Position numbers and translations under genes: made by a program
Shown here: positions 10,231 through 30,968 of the stretch, piece by piece
Layout: each line of letters begins with the position of its first letter
How positions within the stretch are numbered: the stretch's first letter is position 1
Assembly: GCF_009914755.1 (NCBI RefSeq)
Contig: NC_060933.1
Reading direction: 5' to 3' (one strand)
From: the human T2T-CHM13v2.0 reference genome, Homo sapiens
Length of the DNA stretch: 64,000 nucleotides
The notes under the pieces: model-generated
What the model was told of the DNA's origin: nothing
Databases searched by the model: none
Seen by the model: only the letters and a program-made list of their open reading frames with translations

Positions 10231-11534
10231 AGACGGGTTGCTGTGCCTTCTCGCGGAGCCCAGCCACTGGCCTGGCAGTCGGCCCCTAGGGTGGAGCTGG
10301 GAAGAGCGAGTCCTGTGGAGGATGCGTTTCTATTTTTAACCCAATTGTCCGCCCTCAGCCTCCCTCCTTCGGATTTTCTCATTCAAACCCGTTTTTCGCC
10401 ATCCTAGTTCTCACGCTTTGTCTCCAGCCCTGGGCAGACATTCCCTCCCCCAAGAATCGTAAGGATTCACCCCCAGAAAAGGAAAAGAATTGCCTTATGG
10501 CTTCGAGGTCTTTTCTGTTTATGAAACCTCCTCACTCCCCACACCCATTTTGAGCTCCGAAGTCCAGCCCGAGCGTGGCCCTGACGCAGCTGGCGGCGTG
10601 CGTTCGCTCGCCCAAGGTCACGGGTGGTTGTGCGGAGTGAGGAAACGCGCGGCCGCCCAGGGCTGCCAATGCCCCGGCGGCGCTGTTCTGAACAAACTGT
10701 TTTGGCCAGCCTGTGAAATCCCTGGAAATTGACGATTCCAGCAAAGCGTCGTGAACTGGGAAAGCACCAAATGTTCTACTCAAAAGCCGCGAAGGGACAA
10801 AACAAGCTAGACCCGAGGCCCAGATGAAGCGGGAGGAGGAGGCTTGCGAGAGGAAGTTCAAGGGGGGAGGTACTAGGCGGGCAGTTCAGGCACGAGGCAC
10901 AGGTCCCCCATGGGTGAAAGGATGACTTTACCCGGAACACTGGGAACCTTTTCAGAGCACAAACAAAAAACATTTTCAACTGACCGCTCCAAGTGAATTT
11001 CAGTTCAACTCAAAATAACAAAATTACTAAGTCGGAAAGGACTTCTGAAATTTTCTAGTAAACAACGGTCTAACGAATACATAGAAATGATGTTTAGGGT
11101 TTATATTAGCCACATATAGAATGGAGAAGAGGTCCCTTCAGTGTTTCTCAAAGTTGGTAATCAGAAAAAAAATCACCTGGGGTGATTAAAGATTCCTACG
11201 CATCTCCCCTGGATATGGTTTTGGTTGTTCCGGGGTGGGAGCGGGGGTGGGGGGGGGGGCCCATATTGCGCTTCAGGTGGTCCTTATTTATAATCTGTAT
11301 TTGGGGGAATGCTATACTGATAGCTTGAGCCACCACTGCCAAATCAAACAGTTCTCCGCCACAGTTAGCAAAGTACCTGGAGCATAACAACCTTTTGTTT
11401 TGTTTTTTAACAAATTCGGGTTTATTACTGTGATCAATTAATGTATTAGAGATTTAAGTAGTTTGGGTCACTGGTCCCACGACCACTGCAATTTATTTCC
11501 TTAAATTAGCAGATGAATTAGTAAAAAAAAAAAA

Positions 11535-11690
11535 AATAGCAGCTACCATTTACAGGCCATTTTCAGTGCCAACTATTTTCCATTTAGGGTCTCATTTTAT
11601 CCTCACAGCAATTCACTGAGATAGGTACTATTATCATGTCCCTTTCTACAGATAAAGAAACAATGACTAAAAAGGCTTGCCCAGGGCACT
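11535..11690 (-). mobile_element. MIR fragment
   Basis: atcctcacagcaa...gataggtactattatcatgtccctttctacagataaagaaac...ttgcccagg is antisense MIR-like. Confidence 0.65.
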
Positions 11691-12010
11691 GAAGGGCAGG
11701 GAGGCAATGGAGGTGATTATTATTGAGAACAAAAATAACTTGAATTTTAACTTGAATTTTTTTCTTTCTCTAGAATTGGAGTTATAGTGAGTGAAACAAG
11801 ATAATTCCTGAAGAAGCATACTTTAAAAAAAGTCTAAGGGTAATGAGGCAAGCTCATTATTGAATAGTGTATTCCATAATATTATGTCACCTTCTGATAA
11901 TTCATCTTCTCTATCACCCATTTATAATTTTCTCTGAGACTGTTTCAATCAAGAATGTTGCAGGTATTGGACCTAAACATACCAAGATTCCTTTTTAGCA
12001 GCTATTTTCT

Positions 12011-12181
12011 AGTGGTTCTCAAAATGTGGTCTCCAGACTACCTGGGAACTTATTAGAAATACAGATTCTCAGGCCCCAGCACCAAACCTGTGGAGTCACA
12101 AACTGGGGGTTAGCACAGCCGTCTGTGGCTTAATAAGTCCTCCAGGTGATTCTGATGCATACACAAGTTTGAAAACTATTG
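12011..12181. mobile_element. MER5A-like hAT-Charlie MITE
   Basis: agtggttctcaaa...ttagaaatacagattctcaggcccca...ctccaggtgattctgatgca...aagtttgaaaacta. Confidence 0.8.
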
Positions 12182-12564
12182 ACTTAACCCTACCATGGCA
12201 TCAGGTGACCCCTCTTTTTTTCAGATGGCTCACACCATGTGAAAGGGAAAAGTTTAAAAAAAAAAAGTCTCATATTACTGGTGTAACAGATTAAGGGATA
12301 TACTTCTAAGAAGGTTTTTGTTTTATTTTTGTTTTCTTATATTTTAAATTTTCACTTGCACTCCAAAGACAAACTGAATTGCTAAACACAGAATATATAA
12401 GAGAATGCTTCTAATATAACATGCCAAAGGGCTTTGCTCTATAGTCATTAGGGAAGGTCAACTTTGGCCTGAAACCAACCTCTGTAAAAAAGATAATGAG
12501 TAGCCAGTCGTGGTGGCTCACACCTGTAATCCCAGCACTTTGGGAGGCCATGGGGGGTGGATCA

Positions 12565-12870
<306 letters not shown>

Positions 12871-12990
12871 TCACGCCTATAATCTCAGCACTTTGGGAGG
12901 TGGAGGCAGACGGATTACCTGAGGTCAGGAATTGGAGACCAGTCTGGTCAACATGGCCAAACCCTGTCTCTACTAAAAATACAAAAATTA

Positions 12991-13134
<144 letters not shown>

Positions 13135-13788
13135 TCAAAAAAAAAAAAAAGTTTTGCACATTTGCTACTTTCCAGGCACTCACTTAACTTGGTGCTGGGA
13201 TATACATTCATGTAAAAAAAAAAGATGTTACCCTGTTCTCTTGGATCTTACTGTCATTTGGGGAGAAAGATATTATCATATAATATATAATTATGAACTG
13301 GTAAATATTTTGAAAGAAAAGCATAGAATGCTATGGGAGCATATAACCAATCATAACGATCTTGAAAACTCACCCAGGTCTGAGTTCCAACCATCCCCAT
13401 GGCCAAAGGAGCCAGGCTTATTTCCTTAAAGTAGGTAACCTGGTAGTCTGCTTAAGAACTCAGGTAAAGTCATTGCAGGTTCTCTTACACTTTTCTTTGT
13501 AAACTAGGCCTGGAAAGGGGATTGATGATGGGAGAAGAGCAAATGTAATTAAATTTCTTAGAGAAAACTGACATCCCTTAAAAATAGCAATATAAGTTAT
13601 TAGTCCACTGTAAAATGTAAAAGACCTGAAGTTATTTTATCTTGACATATAAGTTCCTATTATGGAGACAAGAATTGCTGCTATGACATTATTATAATAC
13701 TTGGTCATAAGTAACTATTCATTTTCTGTCTGTGCTTGAGTAGAACATGGTGAAGCACAAAGCCTTTTCTAGGGTCTTAAAAACTTCA

Positions 13789-14072
<284 letters not shown>

Positions 14073-14391
14073 TCAAAAACAAAAAACAAACAAACAAACA
14101 AACCCACACACAAAAAGCACAAAACTTTGATGTGTCACTGGACGTTCACATAGTGCCCTTCCTCCCTTTCGTTCCCAGCCCCTTCCCAGATTTCAAAGAT
14201 CAAGGTAAAGGACTGTTTTATAGAAGTATTTTCAAAATAATTGGCTAAAAGGATTATAGTATTGTATTTAGAGCAAATCCACTAATTTAAAAATTAAGGC
14301 TGGGCGCGGTGGCTCACGCCTGTAATCCCAGCAGTTTGGGAGGCCGAGATGGGCGGATCAGGAGGTTAGGAGATCGAGACCATCCTGGCTA

Positions 14392-14628
<237 letters not shown>

Positions 14629-15490
14629 TCATTATTATATAGACCTTTTGGTAAATTAAAATTCTTAATTATTTTCTCTGAAAATAACTTGATCAAAGAA
14701 TCTTCAAATAAAAGACATAGATATCTTACCAGATTAGAGAAGACTTTCTGACACTATCTAGATACTATCAACGTAGCATTAAACAATTTTTGAGACTATT
14801 TGAAAAACTAAAAGCTTTTATTGTTTTTAATTTTCTTATTATTTTTTTTGAGATGGAGTTTCTCTCTCGTCGCCCAGGCTGGAACCTCCATCTCCCAGGT
14901 TCAAGCGATTCTCCTGCCTCCGCCTCCCTAGTAGCTGGGATTATAGGCTCCCGCCACCACCCCCAGCTAGTTTTTGTGTTTTTAGTAGAGAACAAAAACT
15001 GGCAGTCTTGTCTTGAACTCCTGACTTCAGGTGATCCGCCCACCTCTGCCTCCCAAAGTTCTGGGATTAAAGGCGTGAGCCATCGAGCTGGGCCTGCCTA
15101 ATCGTTTATGTAAATCAAGAACTTAGGTTGAAGGAAACTGATGATTTACTATGTATATATATTTTGTTGTAAACACCATTTAAGAAACAAAATATTTTGG
15201 TCTCAACTCTTAAGAAATTTTTTTTATTGAACAAGCTAAGTGTGGGTTGTTAATCTCAGTAGTTAGCTCTGGGATTGTCTCAGAAACAATACTTTGGGGC
15301 TGGGTGAGGTGATTCAAGCCTGTAATCCCCGCACTTTGGGAGGCAGGAGGATCATCTGAGATCAGGAGTTCGAGACCAACCTGGCCAACATGGCGGATCA
15401 CCTGAGGCAGGTGATAACCTGAGGTCAGGAGTTCAAGACCAGCCTGGCCAACATGGTGAAACCTCATCTGTACTAAAAATACAAAAATTA

Positions 15491-16080
<590 letters not shown>

Positions 16081-16522
16081 TTATAAAGCTTAGGCAGGAG
16101 GCAATTGTTCCTAAGGCCCTATTAGCCAGCAGAAAAAAAGCTAGAAACAATTAGGGAGGTCAGGATTCAGACAGAAGACTAGCATGAGAAAAGTGGGTAG
16201 GGTGGGCCTCTGTCCTGGAGCAATCTAAGTTCTAGGCAGAGAGCCAAGGCAAGTATCTTAAGTTTGTGTAATGTCTTTCCACCTACAATGTATATTCAAA
16301 TGTATTAATTTGATAAATTCTCACAACAGCCTATTGAAATAACTCTTATCTCTCCTTTTGCTGGAGGAGTTGACTGACTGAGGCTCAGGGCAAAGTTATA
16401 TATCCTGTCCATTGTCATATATCTAGTGAGAGTACAACCTTCTGTTCTTTGGCACAGTGTTTGTTGCCTCTTCAGGATCACTTCCCCCTTTAAATTTATT
16501 TCATAATTATATTTACCATTAG

Positions 16523-16702
<180 letters not shown>

Positions 16703-16812
16703 TAGAGATGGGTTTCACCATGTTGCCCAGGCTGGTCTCAAACTCCTGAGCTCAAGCAATCTGCCTGCTTTGGCAGATGGATTACAGGTGTGAACCATGG
16801 CGCGAAGCCTAG

Positions 16813-17007
<195 letters not shown>

Positions 17008-18149
17008 TAGTTGAGATGGGATTTCACCATGTTAGCCAGGATGGTCTCGATCTCCTGACCTCATGATCTGCCCACCTTGGCCTCCCAAAGTCCTGGGATT
17101 ACAGGCATGAGCCACCGCACCCGGCCATACCATTCTTATCTTGTGTATCGCTCACCTCACCCAGCAGTCTCTAACAGGCAACTTCTGTCTCTTTTGCTAG
17201 CTCCAGCTTATCTGTCCATCTCCTAAATGTTGGCATTTTTTAGGTCTAGGTCCCGGGCACTCTTTGTTTTTTCACTGCTCATACTCTCTCAGAGCGACTT
17301 TACCCACCTTCATAGATTCAAATGAAGTACTCAAAGGAATGAGTATCTGTACTCATCCCTTGGCTTATAAATGGTTTATTTATGAATTTTTCACTTACAA
17401 AGATATAGCTATTTGTATTTATTTATTTATTTATTTTGAGACAGAGTCTCACTCTGTCACTCAGGCTGGAGTGCAGTGGCATGATCTCGGCTCACTGCAA
17501 CCAGCCTCCTCGTTCTGGACTCAAGAGATTCTCACGCCTCAGCCTCCCCAGTAGCTGGGATTATAGGCATGTACCACCATGCTTGGCTAACTTTTGTATT
17601 TTTAATAAAGACAGGTTTCACTGTGTTGGCCAGGCTAGTCTCAAACTCTCTGGCCTCAAGTTGTCCACGTGCCTGAGTCTCCCAAAGTGCTGGGATTACA
17701 GGCATGAGCCACCACACCCAGCTGACAAAGGTATATCTATTTTTAAAATTTTACTTACAAACATTTTTCAACTTAATCCAGAAAACTCTTCTTTTTTTTT
17801 TTGTTTGTCTTTGCATACTGAAGTTATGCTCTGTCATTGGAAGAGAAATGTATAGCTAACCACTACTATTGTTAGGTAGTGAATAAGTGGGAGTAGTGAA
17901 TAAATATCTAGAAATAGATATGAATTTATATTTATTCCATGTGGATCAATGGCTCTAGAATGAACAAGATAAAGTTTGAACCTGGGAATTTCAGAGCCAG
18001 TACTTCAGATACTGGTATATGACTGATTTAAGTTGTTTTTGTATTATAACTTACAACATCATGACCAACTCTAAATGTGAAGCATATAAATATGTAAGGG
18101 AAAATTCTTTTTATTGAAAAATTAAAAGTGATAAACTGAAGCAGGACAA

Positions 18150-19765
<1,616 letters not shown>

Positions 19766-19887
19766 AAAGAAATAAGTGGGATCCCTCAAATTCAGACAAG
19801 CTTTGATTGTCACCCCAAAAATTAAAAAACAATTAGGTCTGTTAAGTGCTTGGATAATATAAAATTGAAAAAATAAGAGATTGTTAG

Positions 19888-20196
<309 letters not shown>

Positions 20197-20975
20197 TGAT
20201 CCGCCTGCCTCGGCCTCACAAAGTGCTGGGATTACAGGCGTGAGCCATCACGCCTGGCCTGTTAGGTCTTAGTAATACTATCGCTGAACTGTGTCTAAGG
20301 CTAAGCCTAAATTGTTGGGATTTCCTGAAGCTTTTGATGCTGGAGAGAATGCTTCCTTGAACTTCCTAATTATATAGCAGAAGGTGATGTCTTTGAAGCC
20401 TTCACGAAGGCAATTGAGGGAGTCCAGCGAACTAAAGAGTAGAGTTCAATGGGCATCACAGATTTCAGATTCGAGAATATTAGTCTTAGGTTATGGGATA
20501 GATTGCAGCTGTAGACTATTGAGGTACTTGATAATGGCACAGAGGAACTTCAGAATAACTTCAGTATCTGTCATTATCATCGTATTTGAAGAAAACTGAT
20601 CTTTTTGGGGAAACAAATTCCCTGAAATCCAATGCTCTCTTGTACTTTTTATTGGATATAGAAGGATGGTCCATATCAGTCTCCTCCAGCTTTCCCAAAG
20701 ATCAGAGAAGCAGAGAAGATTTCTTTGTTGCTTTCTGTGGAGACCTGAAGACCACCCTGTGCAGTGGGTCTGATAGAAGGAGGCACTGACACCCCAGGTG
20801 CACTTGCAGCTTCTCTTCTAGTCCAGTTCCTTCCTTTCAGGAAGACTTCTCTTTCTCCATCCTTTTCTGGCTAAGAGGTTTAGAAGCTAAGAGATTGAGC
20901 AGCCTTCAGGATGAAAGAATGAAATAAAGGATTCCTCCATGTTGGTCAGGCTGGTCTCAAACCCCATCTCTACTA

Positions 20976-21223
<248 letters not shown>

Positions 21224-21321
21224 TTATAAGACTGTGATTTCTGGCCAGGCACAGTGGCTCACACCTGTTATCCCAGTACTTTGGGAGGCTAAGGCAGGCG
21301 GATCACGAGGTCGGGAGTTCA

Positions 21322-21585
<264 letters not shown>

Positions 21586-22273
21586 TTAATGTTTTTAAAA
21601 AAATTTCATTCGTTTGTAGTCACTTGACCTTATAGTTAAGATAGAATATTTAAAGATGTTAAAAAGACAGAATTTTACAGTAAATTAATTTTTTTTTTTT
21701 TGAGACGGAGTCTCGCTCTGTCGCCAGGCTGGAGTGCAGTGGCTTGATCTTAGCTCACTGCAACCTCTGCCTCCCAGGTTCAATCGATTCTCAATCTCTT
21801 GACCTTGTGATCTGCCCGCCTTGGCCTCCTAAAGTGCTGAGATTACAGGCGTGAGCCACCGTCTCCATCCAGTAAATCAATTTTGAAAATAAAAACCAAT
21901 ACAGCAACATGACTACATAAAGATTAAAGGAACTATATGTGTTACGAGCAAATAATGTTTAGTATTTATTTTGTGCTTACTTTGTGCTTTTATATGCCTT
22001 ATCTCTAATTCTTACAATAATTCTTTGAAGCAGTGATGATCATCCTCTTTTGCAGAGGCAGAGCTGAGGCACAAGGAGATAAGTAACATGTTTAAAATTG
22101 TATAGTTGCTATCTGAGAATGAAGTCAAACCCAGGTCAGTCTGACTTCCAAAGTCGAATTCTTTCCAATATAGTAAGTGCCTTTCCTAAACCATTGACAG
22201 TTGCAGAATTTTCGACTTGCAGTGAATACTAGAGGGTCCTCTCCAGTACCCCACCCAGCATAGAAGTCTTCTA

Positions 22274-22682
<409 letters not shown>

Positions 22683-23315
22683 TTAATCAGGCTGGGCGCG
22701 GTGGCTCACGCCTGTAATCCCAGCACTTTGGGAGGCCGAGGCAGGCGGATCATGAGGTCAGGAGATCAAGACCATCCTGGCTAACATGGTGAACCCCCCC
22801 CGTCTCTACTAAAAATACAAAAAATTAGCCGGGCGTGGTGGCGGGCGCCTGCAGTCCCAGCTACTCGGGAGGATGAGGCAGGAGAATGGCATGAACTCGG
22901 AGGCGGAGCTTGCAGTGAGCAGAGATCGAGCCACTGCACTCCAGCCTGGGCGACAGAGCGAGACTCCCTCTCAAAAAAAAAAAAAAAAAAAAAAAGGAAC
23001 TTTAGTGTTCCATTTAAATATATTCCACCACTATTAAGATACCATTGGGGCCAGTCATGCTGTCACCTGTAATCCCAGCACTTTGGGAGGCCGAGGTGGG
23101 CAGATCACCTGAAGTCAGGAGTTTGAGACCAGCCTGGCCAACATGGTGACACCCCATCTCTACTAAAAATACAAAAATTAGCCTGGCATGGTGGCAGGTG
23201 CCTGAAATCCCAGCTACTCAGGAGGCTGAGGCACGAGAATCTCTTGAACCGGGGATGGGGAGGTTGCAGTGAGCCAAGATCGTGACACTGCATTCCAGCC
23301 TGGGAGACAAAGTGA

Positions 23316-23720
<405 letters not shown>

Positions 23721-24305
23721 TGAGCCACCACGCCTGGCCCAGTGTGGCTGTTTCTTTCAGTTTGTACTTGGGTATAATTTTGTGGACACTTTACTGTGGT
23801 CAATCCTTGTTATCAGTTAGTGAATTATTTGCCCTATACCTCATCTACAGCAATCCGGATACTTTGGCACTTGCAGCAAACTGTTTTTCCTCCTTTTTTT
23901 TAGAAGGATGTTAGGTGTGAGGGAGAAGGAAGAGGAACAAAATAACGACAGAAGAATTGAGTAGAATTCTTTCCTCCAGCTGTTTTTTTTGTGTTTTTTT
24001 TTTTTAAATTACAAAGTATTAATAATTTATGAACAAACTCTTTGTAAAAATTTTAAGCAACAAATAATTTTTTTTTGAGACGGGGAGTCATCCTTGTGAT
24101 TTGTTTAAATACATAAGGTTTTGCTATATGTGTTGTTTTGCAACATGCGCCTTGGGGATCTTTCCATGTAAATTATTTACCTTATTCATTTTAACAAATT
24201 GCAGAGTATGAGTGGAATGTAATTATTTTAATCACTATCCTACTGATGGATATTCAGGTTGTTTGCATTTCTTAGCTATGATAAACAATGTTGATAAGAG
24301 CATAA

Positions 24306-24695
<390 letters not shown>

Positions 24696-24774
24696 TAGTC
24701 CTTGTGGGTAGAAATAATTTTTAAGATGGAAAATAAATCTTACTAACTTAACTGACTGTAAGTTTTTAGTATTT

Positions 24775-25095
24775 TCTTTCTCTCCCTCCCTCTCTCTTCT
24801 TCCTTCCTTCCTTCTTTCTCTCTCTCTCTCCCCTTTTTCCTTCCTTCCTTCCTTTCTTTTTCTTTCTTTCATTCTTTCTTTCCTTTTTTTCTTTCTTTCT
24901 TTTTCTCTCTCTTTCTCTCCCTTCCTTTCCCCTTCCTTCCTTCTTTCCTTCCTTCCTTCTTTCTCTCTCTCTCCCTTTCTTTCTTTCTTCTTTCTCTCTC
25001 TGTCTTTCCTTTCTTTCTCTCTCTGTCTTTCCTTTCTTTCTCTCTTTCCCTTATTCTCCCTCTCCTTTCTTTTTCCCTCTTTCTCTTTCTTAACC
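24775..25095. repeat. ~320-bp polypyrimidine/polypurine low-complexity tract (CT/CCTT/CTTT)
   Basis: Almost purely C/T on the + strand; produces the spurious K/E/R-rich ORF 24582..25190. Confidence 0.95.
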
Positions 25096-25185
25096 TTTGA
25101 AAATACAATACATACAGGACATTTAAGATTCACTAGAAAAGAATCAGCAGCAGAGGAGGAGAAATCCTGCGTCATTTCTCCCCTA

Positions 25186-25544
<359 letters not shown>

Positions 25545-25828
25545 CTAAGCACTGATTATATGACAGTCTTTGTTGTCACCATTATATATATTAATATAAA
25601 CTCAATTCTCATAAGATAATTAGGATGTAGTCACAACTATTATCACCATTTTGCTAATTTGGAAATTGTCAGTGGAAAAGTGAGAGAACCTCCACATGGT
25701 GTACCTCAAAGGCCTGGACCTTGAGGCCTTATTCATCGTGTGGTAAAAAGAAACAGAGCAGCTCTATCAAGGCACAGTGTCAGCGTATCTCAATCAGGAA
25801 CTGTTCCACTCTTAATGAGGGTCCAAGT

Positions 25829-25941
25829 TAGGGTGATCAGCTCCTCTGTTTTGCCTGGTACTTTCCCAGTTTTAGCAGTGAAAGTTCTATGTCACAGTCA
25901 ACCTCTCAGTCCCAGGCAAACCAAAATGGTTGGTCATCCCA
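25829..25941. mobile_element. MER81-like hAT-Blackjack MITE with 8-bp TSD
   Basis: TIRs tagggtgatca.../...tggtcatccca; GTCCAAGT duplicated at 25821-25828 and 25942-25949. Confidence 0.85.
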
Positions 25942-26053
25942 GTCCAAGTAGTGTTTGTTTTGAGGGAAGGTGGGTTGGAATGTATCTGGAGCAGGTGGGT
26001 GGTATCCCTATTTAATAGTCAGTAAAGAGAGTTGACAGGACCCTCATTCACTA

Positions 26054-26421
<368 letters not shown>

Positions 26422-28363
26422 TCACTAGAATACTTACTCCCTGTGAGACAGGAAAAGATTAAAAGGAGATGAAGCCTACACCTAGGTTGCAATCTAACAT
26501 ATCAGAGGTGCTGTTATGCTAAGGGGTGCTAAGTGTGAAGAGAGACGTAATCTCACAAATTTTCTTTTTTTTTTTTTTTTTTTTGGTTATCTTTTGTTTT
26601 AGATCTTTTTTGTGTTTTCTTTTTCTTTTTTTTTCTTCTTTATTTATTTATTTATTTTAATCTCACAAATTTTCTGATGGCAAAAGTTCCTACCTTTCCT
26701 TTTTCGGCTTTTAATGTCAGGCAATTTAAATGCAATGTCCCGCATCTATAGACCTACAGAATAGTCTGACTTTCCTTGTTTCAGCTGGTCAATAATCCGG
26801 GCTACTGCATTATTGATGTGGCACAGATCTAAAGTAGTATGTGCCTGTGTGTTTGTGTGTGAGTGATCTGAAATTAACCTCATTTTACCAAAGATAATAT
26901 ATCCCTTTAAGATAACATTTTAAAAAGGAAGGATTGCATTTTTTCTGACTAATCTTGACATATTTAGAGTTGCGAATAGGACAATTTGAAAAAAAAAAAA
27001 CTCAAGTTAAAATTGCAAACGGATCAGAAAACCAGGAATCAGTCATGTTTCTTAGCAGATGGTGGGTGCCACGAGAGGGAAGGATGGAACCATGGTCATC
27101 CTTACAAAAGGAAACACGAGACATAGGTTTATTTGCTAAGATTTTATAAAGCCTGCCATAAATCTCATTTGAAAATTGCTCTACCTAAGAAGAGATGCTA
27201 AAAATGGCCTGCTCCCTGAAATACAAATAGAAGAGTAAACCAATGTTCACATTGTAGTACCGGTTTAGCTCTGAAATTACACTTAACACAGCACAAAGTG
27301 ACAGAGCAAGTGACATCATTGACCAAAACTACATGGACAGAAGTCCTACAAAGCTCAGGGCTACTGCAGTGCAAGGTCATTGATTTTGCAACAATTTGTT
27401 TCTTTTCTGATTTAAAACAAAAAAGTGATTTTTATGCACCAGGAGATCTAATCTATTATGACGTTCATCTTTTAACAGTCATCATTTTTCTTGGAACGTG
27501 TCATACTATGTAATCTGAGCAATAAGAACATCAGAAACTGACTGGGAATGTGGTGGGAGATGTGGCCCTGAAAACACTGGAAACACATTGTCTCCAAGGC
27601 GAGGGTCACAGGGGAGTGAGACAGTGTTCTCCATAAGAGATGGGGATGTTCTGAACTATAATCAGACAAATAAATTACAAAATTCACCACCTCAGACTTT
27701 TTGATGGAAGAACTAAGGAATTAGTTGTACTCTTTGATGCCTTTCTGTTTGCCAAAACAATGGCCTTTCTGATTCTCTTCAGTACATATTGAACGCCTAT
27801 GACAGGACTAGCAGCTGGCACCCTGGAGACCAAGGTTAAAGATGATCTGGACTCTTCTCCAGAGGAGCTTATGTCTTCCTGAATTCACCCCCTACTGCTC
27901 TCACCCGTGCTCACTTTATTCCTGCCATTTGGTCTTCTTTGCTCATCCTCAAACATGCCAACCCCTCTCTTGCTTCAGCACTTTTTCTTTTTCTTTTCTT
28001 TTCTTTCTTTTTTTTTTTTTTGAATCAGAGTCTCGCTCTGTTGCCCAGGCTGGAGTGCAATGGTGCAAACTCAGCTTCCTGCAACCTCCACTTCCTGGGT
28101 TCAAGCGATTCTCCTGCCTCAGCCTCCTGAGTAGCTGGGAGTAGAGGTGCTTGCCACCACGCCCAGCTAATTTTTGTATTTTTGGTAGAGATGGGGTTTC
28201 ACCATATTGGCCAGGCTGGTCTCGAACTCCTGACCTTGTGATCTGCCTGCCTCTGCCTCCCAAAGTGCTGGGATTACAGGCGTGAGCGACTGCACCTGGC
28301 CAGCACTTTTTCACTTAGTGTTTCTTCCTGCAGAATAGCTCTTGTCCCAGATACCTCACTTAA

Positions 28364-28956
<593 letters not shown>

Positions 28957-29164
28957 TAGATATTCAGTGAATAACTGTAGAAAGAATGCATGAAATGAAG
29001 TGGCTAAATAGGCTGCTGTACTATTCACCGAAGGTTGGTCTGACTCAGTATTTTCATGTTCCTAAGTCCTGAAGATCATGAATCAAATTCTAAGTGCCCT
29101 CAGAAACCTCAAGGTTAAGCTTTATTCTACGTCCAGCAAATGGCCATAGCATGAGTGATGGTAA

Positions 29165-29524
<360 letters not shown>

Positions 29525-30968
29525 TGAGCCACTGCGCCTAGCAGCAGTTTTATATAGTGGGCTTCTACAAAAGATTTCTTGTAAAGGTATAGTCCTACTT
29601 AAGCTAAACAACAAGAACCAAATACCAGAAAACAGAAAAAAGAAAAGCAGTATTTGGGGTAGAGTTAGGGAATAGGAAGTTAATTCTTTGCTTTCTTACT
29701 TCTATGATTATTTCAGTAACCTGTCTGAACTAAGTGAGTGAGTCAGCCCTGAACTCACAGACATTCAGCTTTCTCTAATATAGAACCTGAGGAGGACCAT
29801 AAGAGAAAGGAGGAGTTTATGTTTTAACTATTTCAGAAAATAACTTTTAAAGGTAATACTGTGTTAGGAAATTTTCATTCTAATCACTTTATATTTCAAT
29901 GTTAGAGGAGTTGAATCAAATGCAAGTCTTGTTAACATATGAAAAATCTTTCCTGAAAAATACTTTTAGAGATCAAATTGGCATCGTTAGCAGGGAAGCT
30001 ATTAGAAAAACAACGGTACCCAAGATTTAAACAATAAAAAATTGTTTGGCTTCTTACCAGTCGTCCACTGTTGACTGTTGAAGTGAACAGCTGTGAGCTC
30101 TGTGCTCACAGTTTTCACATGGCCTACATGTCCTTGGGGGAATCCTACAGTTGTCATTTAAACAAACATATCTTTGTCATGTTTGGAAAGCCATCTAATT
30201 TAATTCTGTTGGGATAGTGTGAGCCTGGGTTTGAACTAGGCAATTGGAAGCATTTAGTCGAGCTCAGAGCACTGTAGGAATTGAGGTACTCCTTGTCCTC
30301 GACATCTACTACCTGAACTCCCTCAACATACTAAGTGCTAAGTACCATCGTTGGGGAGAGGGGTGATTTTAACGAAATATGAGATGTGTTCCTGTTGCCT
30401 TCTTTGTACAGTCAAACTTGCTATAAGAGAAGTTTGTTTATTTTTTGCATTACTTTGCTAAACACTGGCTCCTCAACTCCAACTCTGCCTCAATAGTATT
30501 TATGTTCTTCAGGAGCTGCCCTGTTGTTTTCAGGATCTACTCATTTTTGTGTATTCTGTACAAATCTTCAACAAATCACTAGAAGTAAATTTGAAGAAAA
30601 TTGCATTTGGAGTCAGAAGACCTGGACTCTGGCCGGGTGCGGTGGTTCATGCCTGTAATTCCAGCACTTTGGGAGGTCGAGGCAGGTGGATCACTCGAGG
30701 TCAGGAGTTCAAGACCAGCCTGGCCAACATGGTGAAACCCTGTTTCTACTAAAAAAACAAAAATTAGCTGGGTGTGGTGGCCTGTGCCTGTAGTCCCAGC
30801 TACTTAGGAGGCTGAGGTAGGAGAATAACTTGAACCTGGGAGGCAGAGGTTGCAGTGAGCCGAGACTGCACCACTGCGCTCCAGCCTGGGCGACAGAGCA
30901 AGACTCCAACTCAAAAAAAGAAGACCTGGACTCTAAGTCTGACTTAAGGCTTATTCTATCAACAAATA

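Larger units (their letters stand above)
8780..10900. promoter_or_regulatory. CpG island / ZFAND5 promoter
   Basis: Abrupt shift to very high GC and CpG density in an otherwise AT-rich context; spans exon 1. Confidence 0.93.

Noticed and set aside
8685-10979. Many overlapping Ala/Arg/Pro/Gly-rich ORFs on both strands of the CpG island as independent genes
   Set aside because: Expected from stop-codon scarcity in GC-rich DNA, with no recognisable domains. Only the frame that splices in frame to ZFAND5 was kept as a hypothesis.
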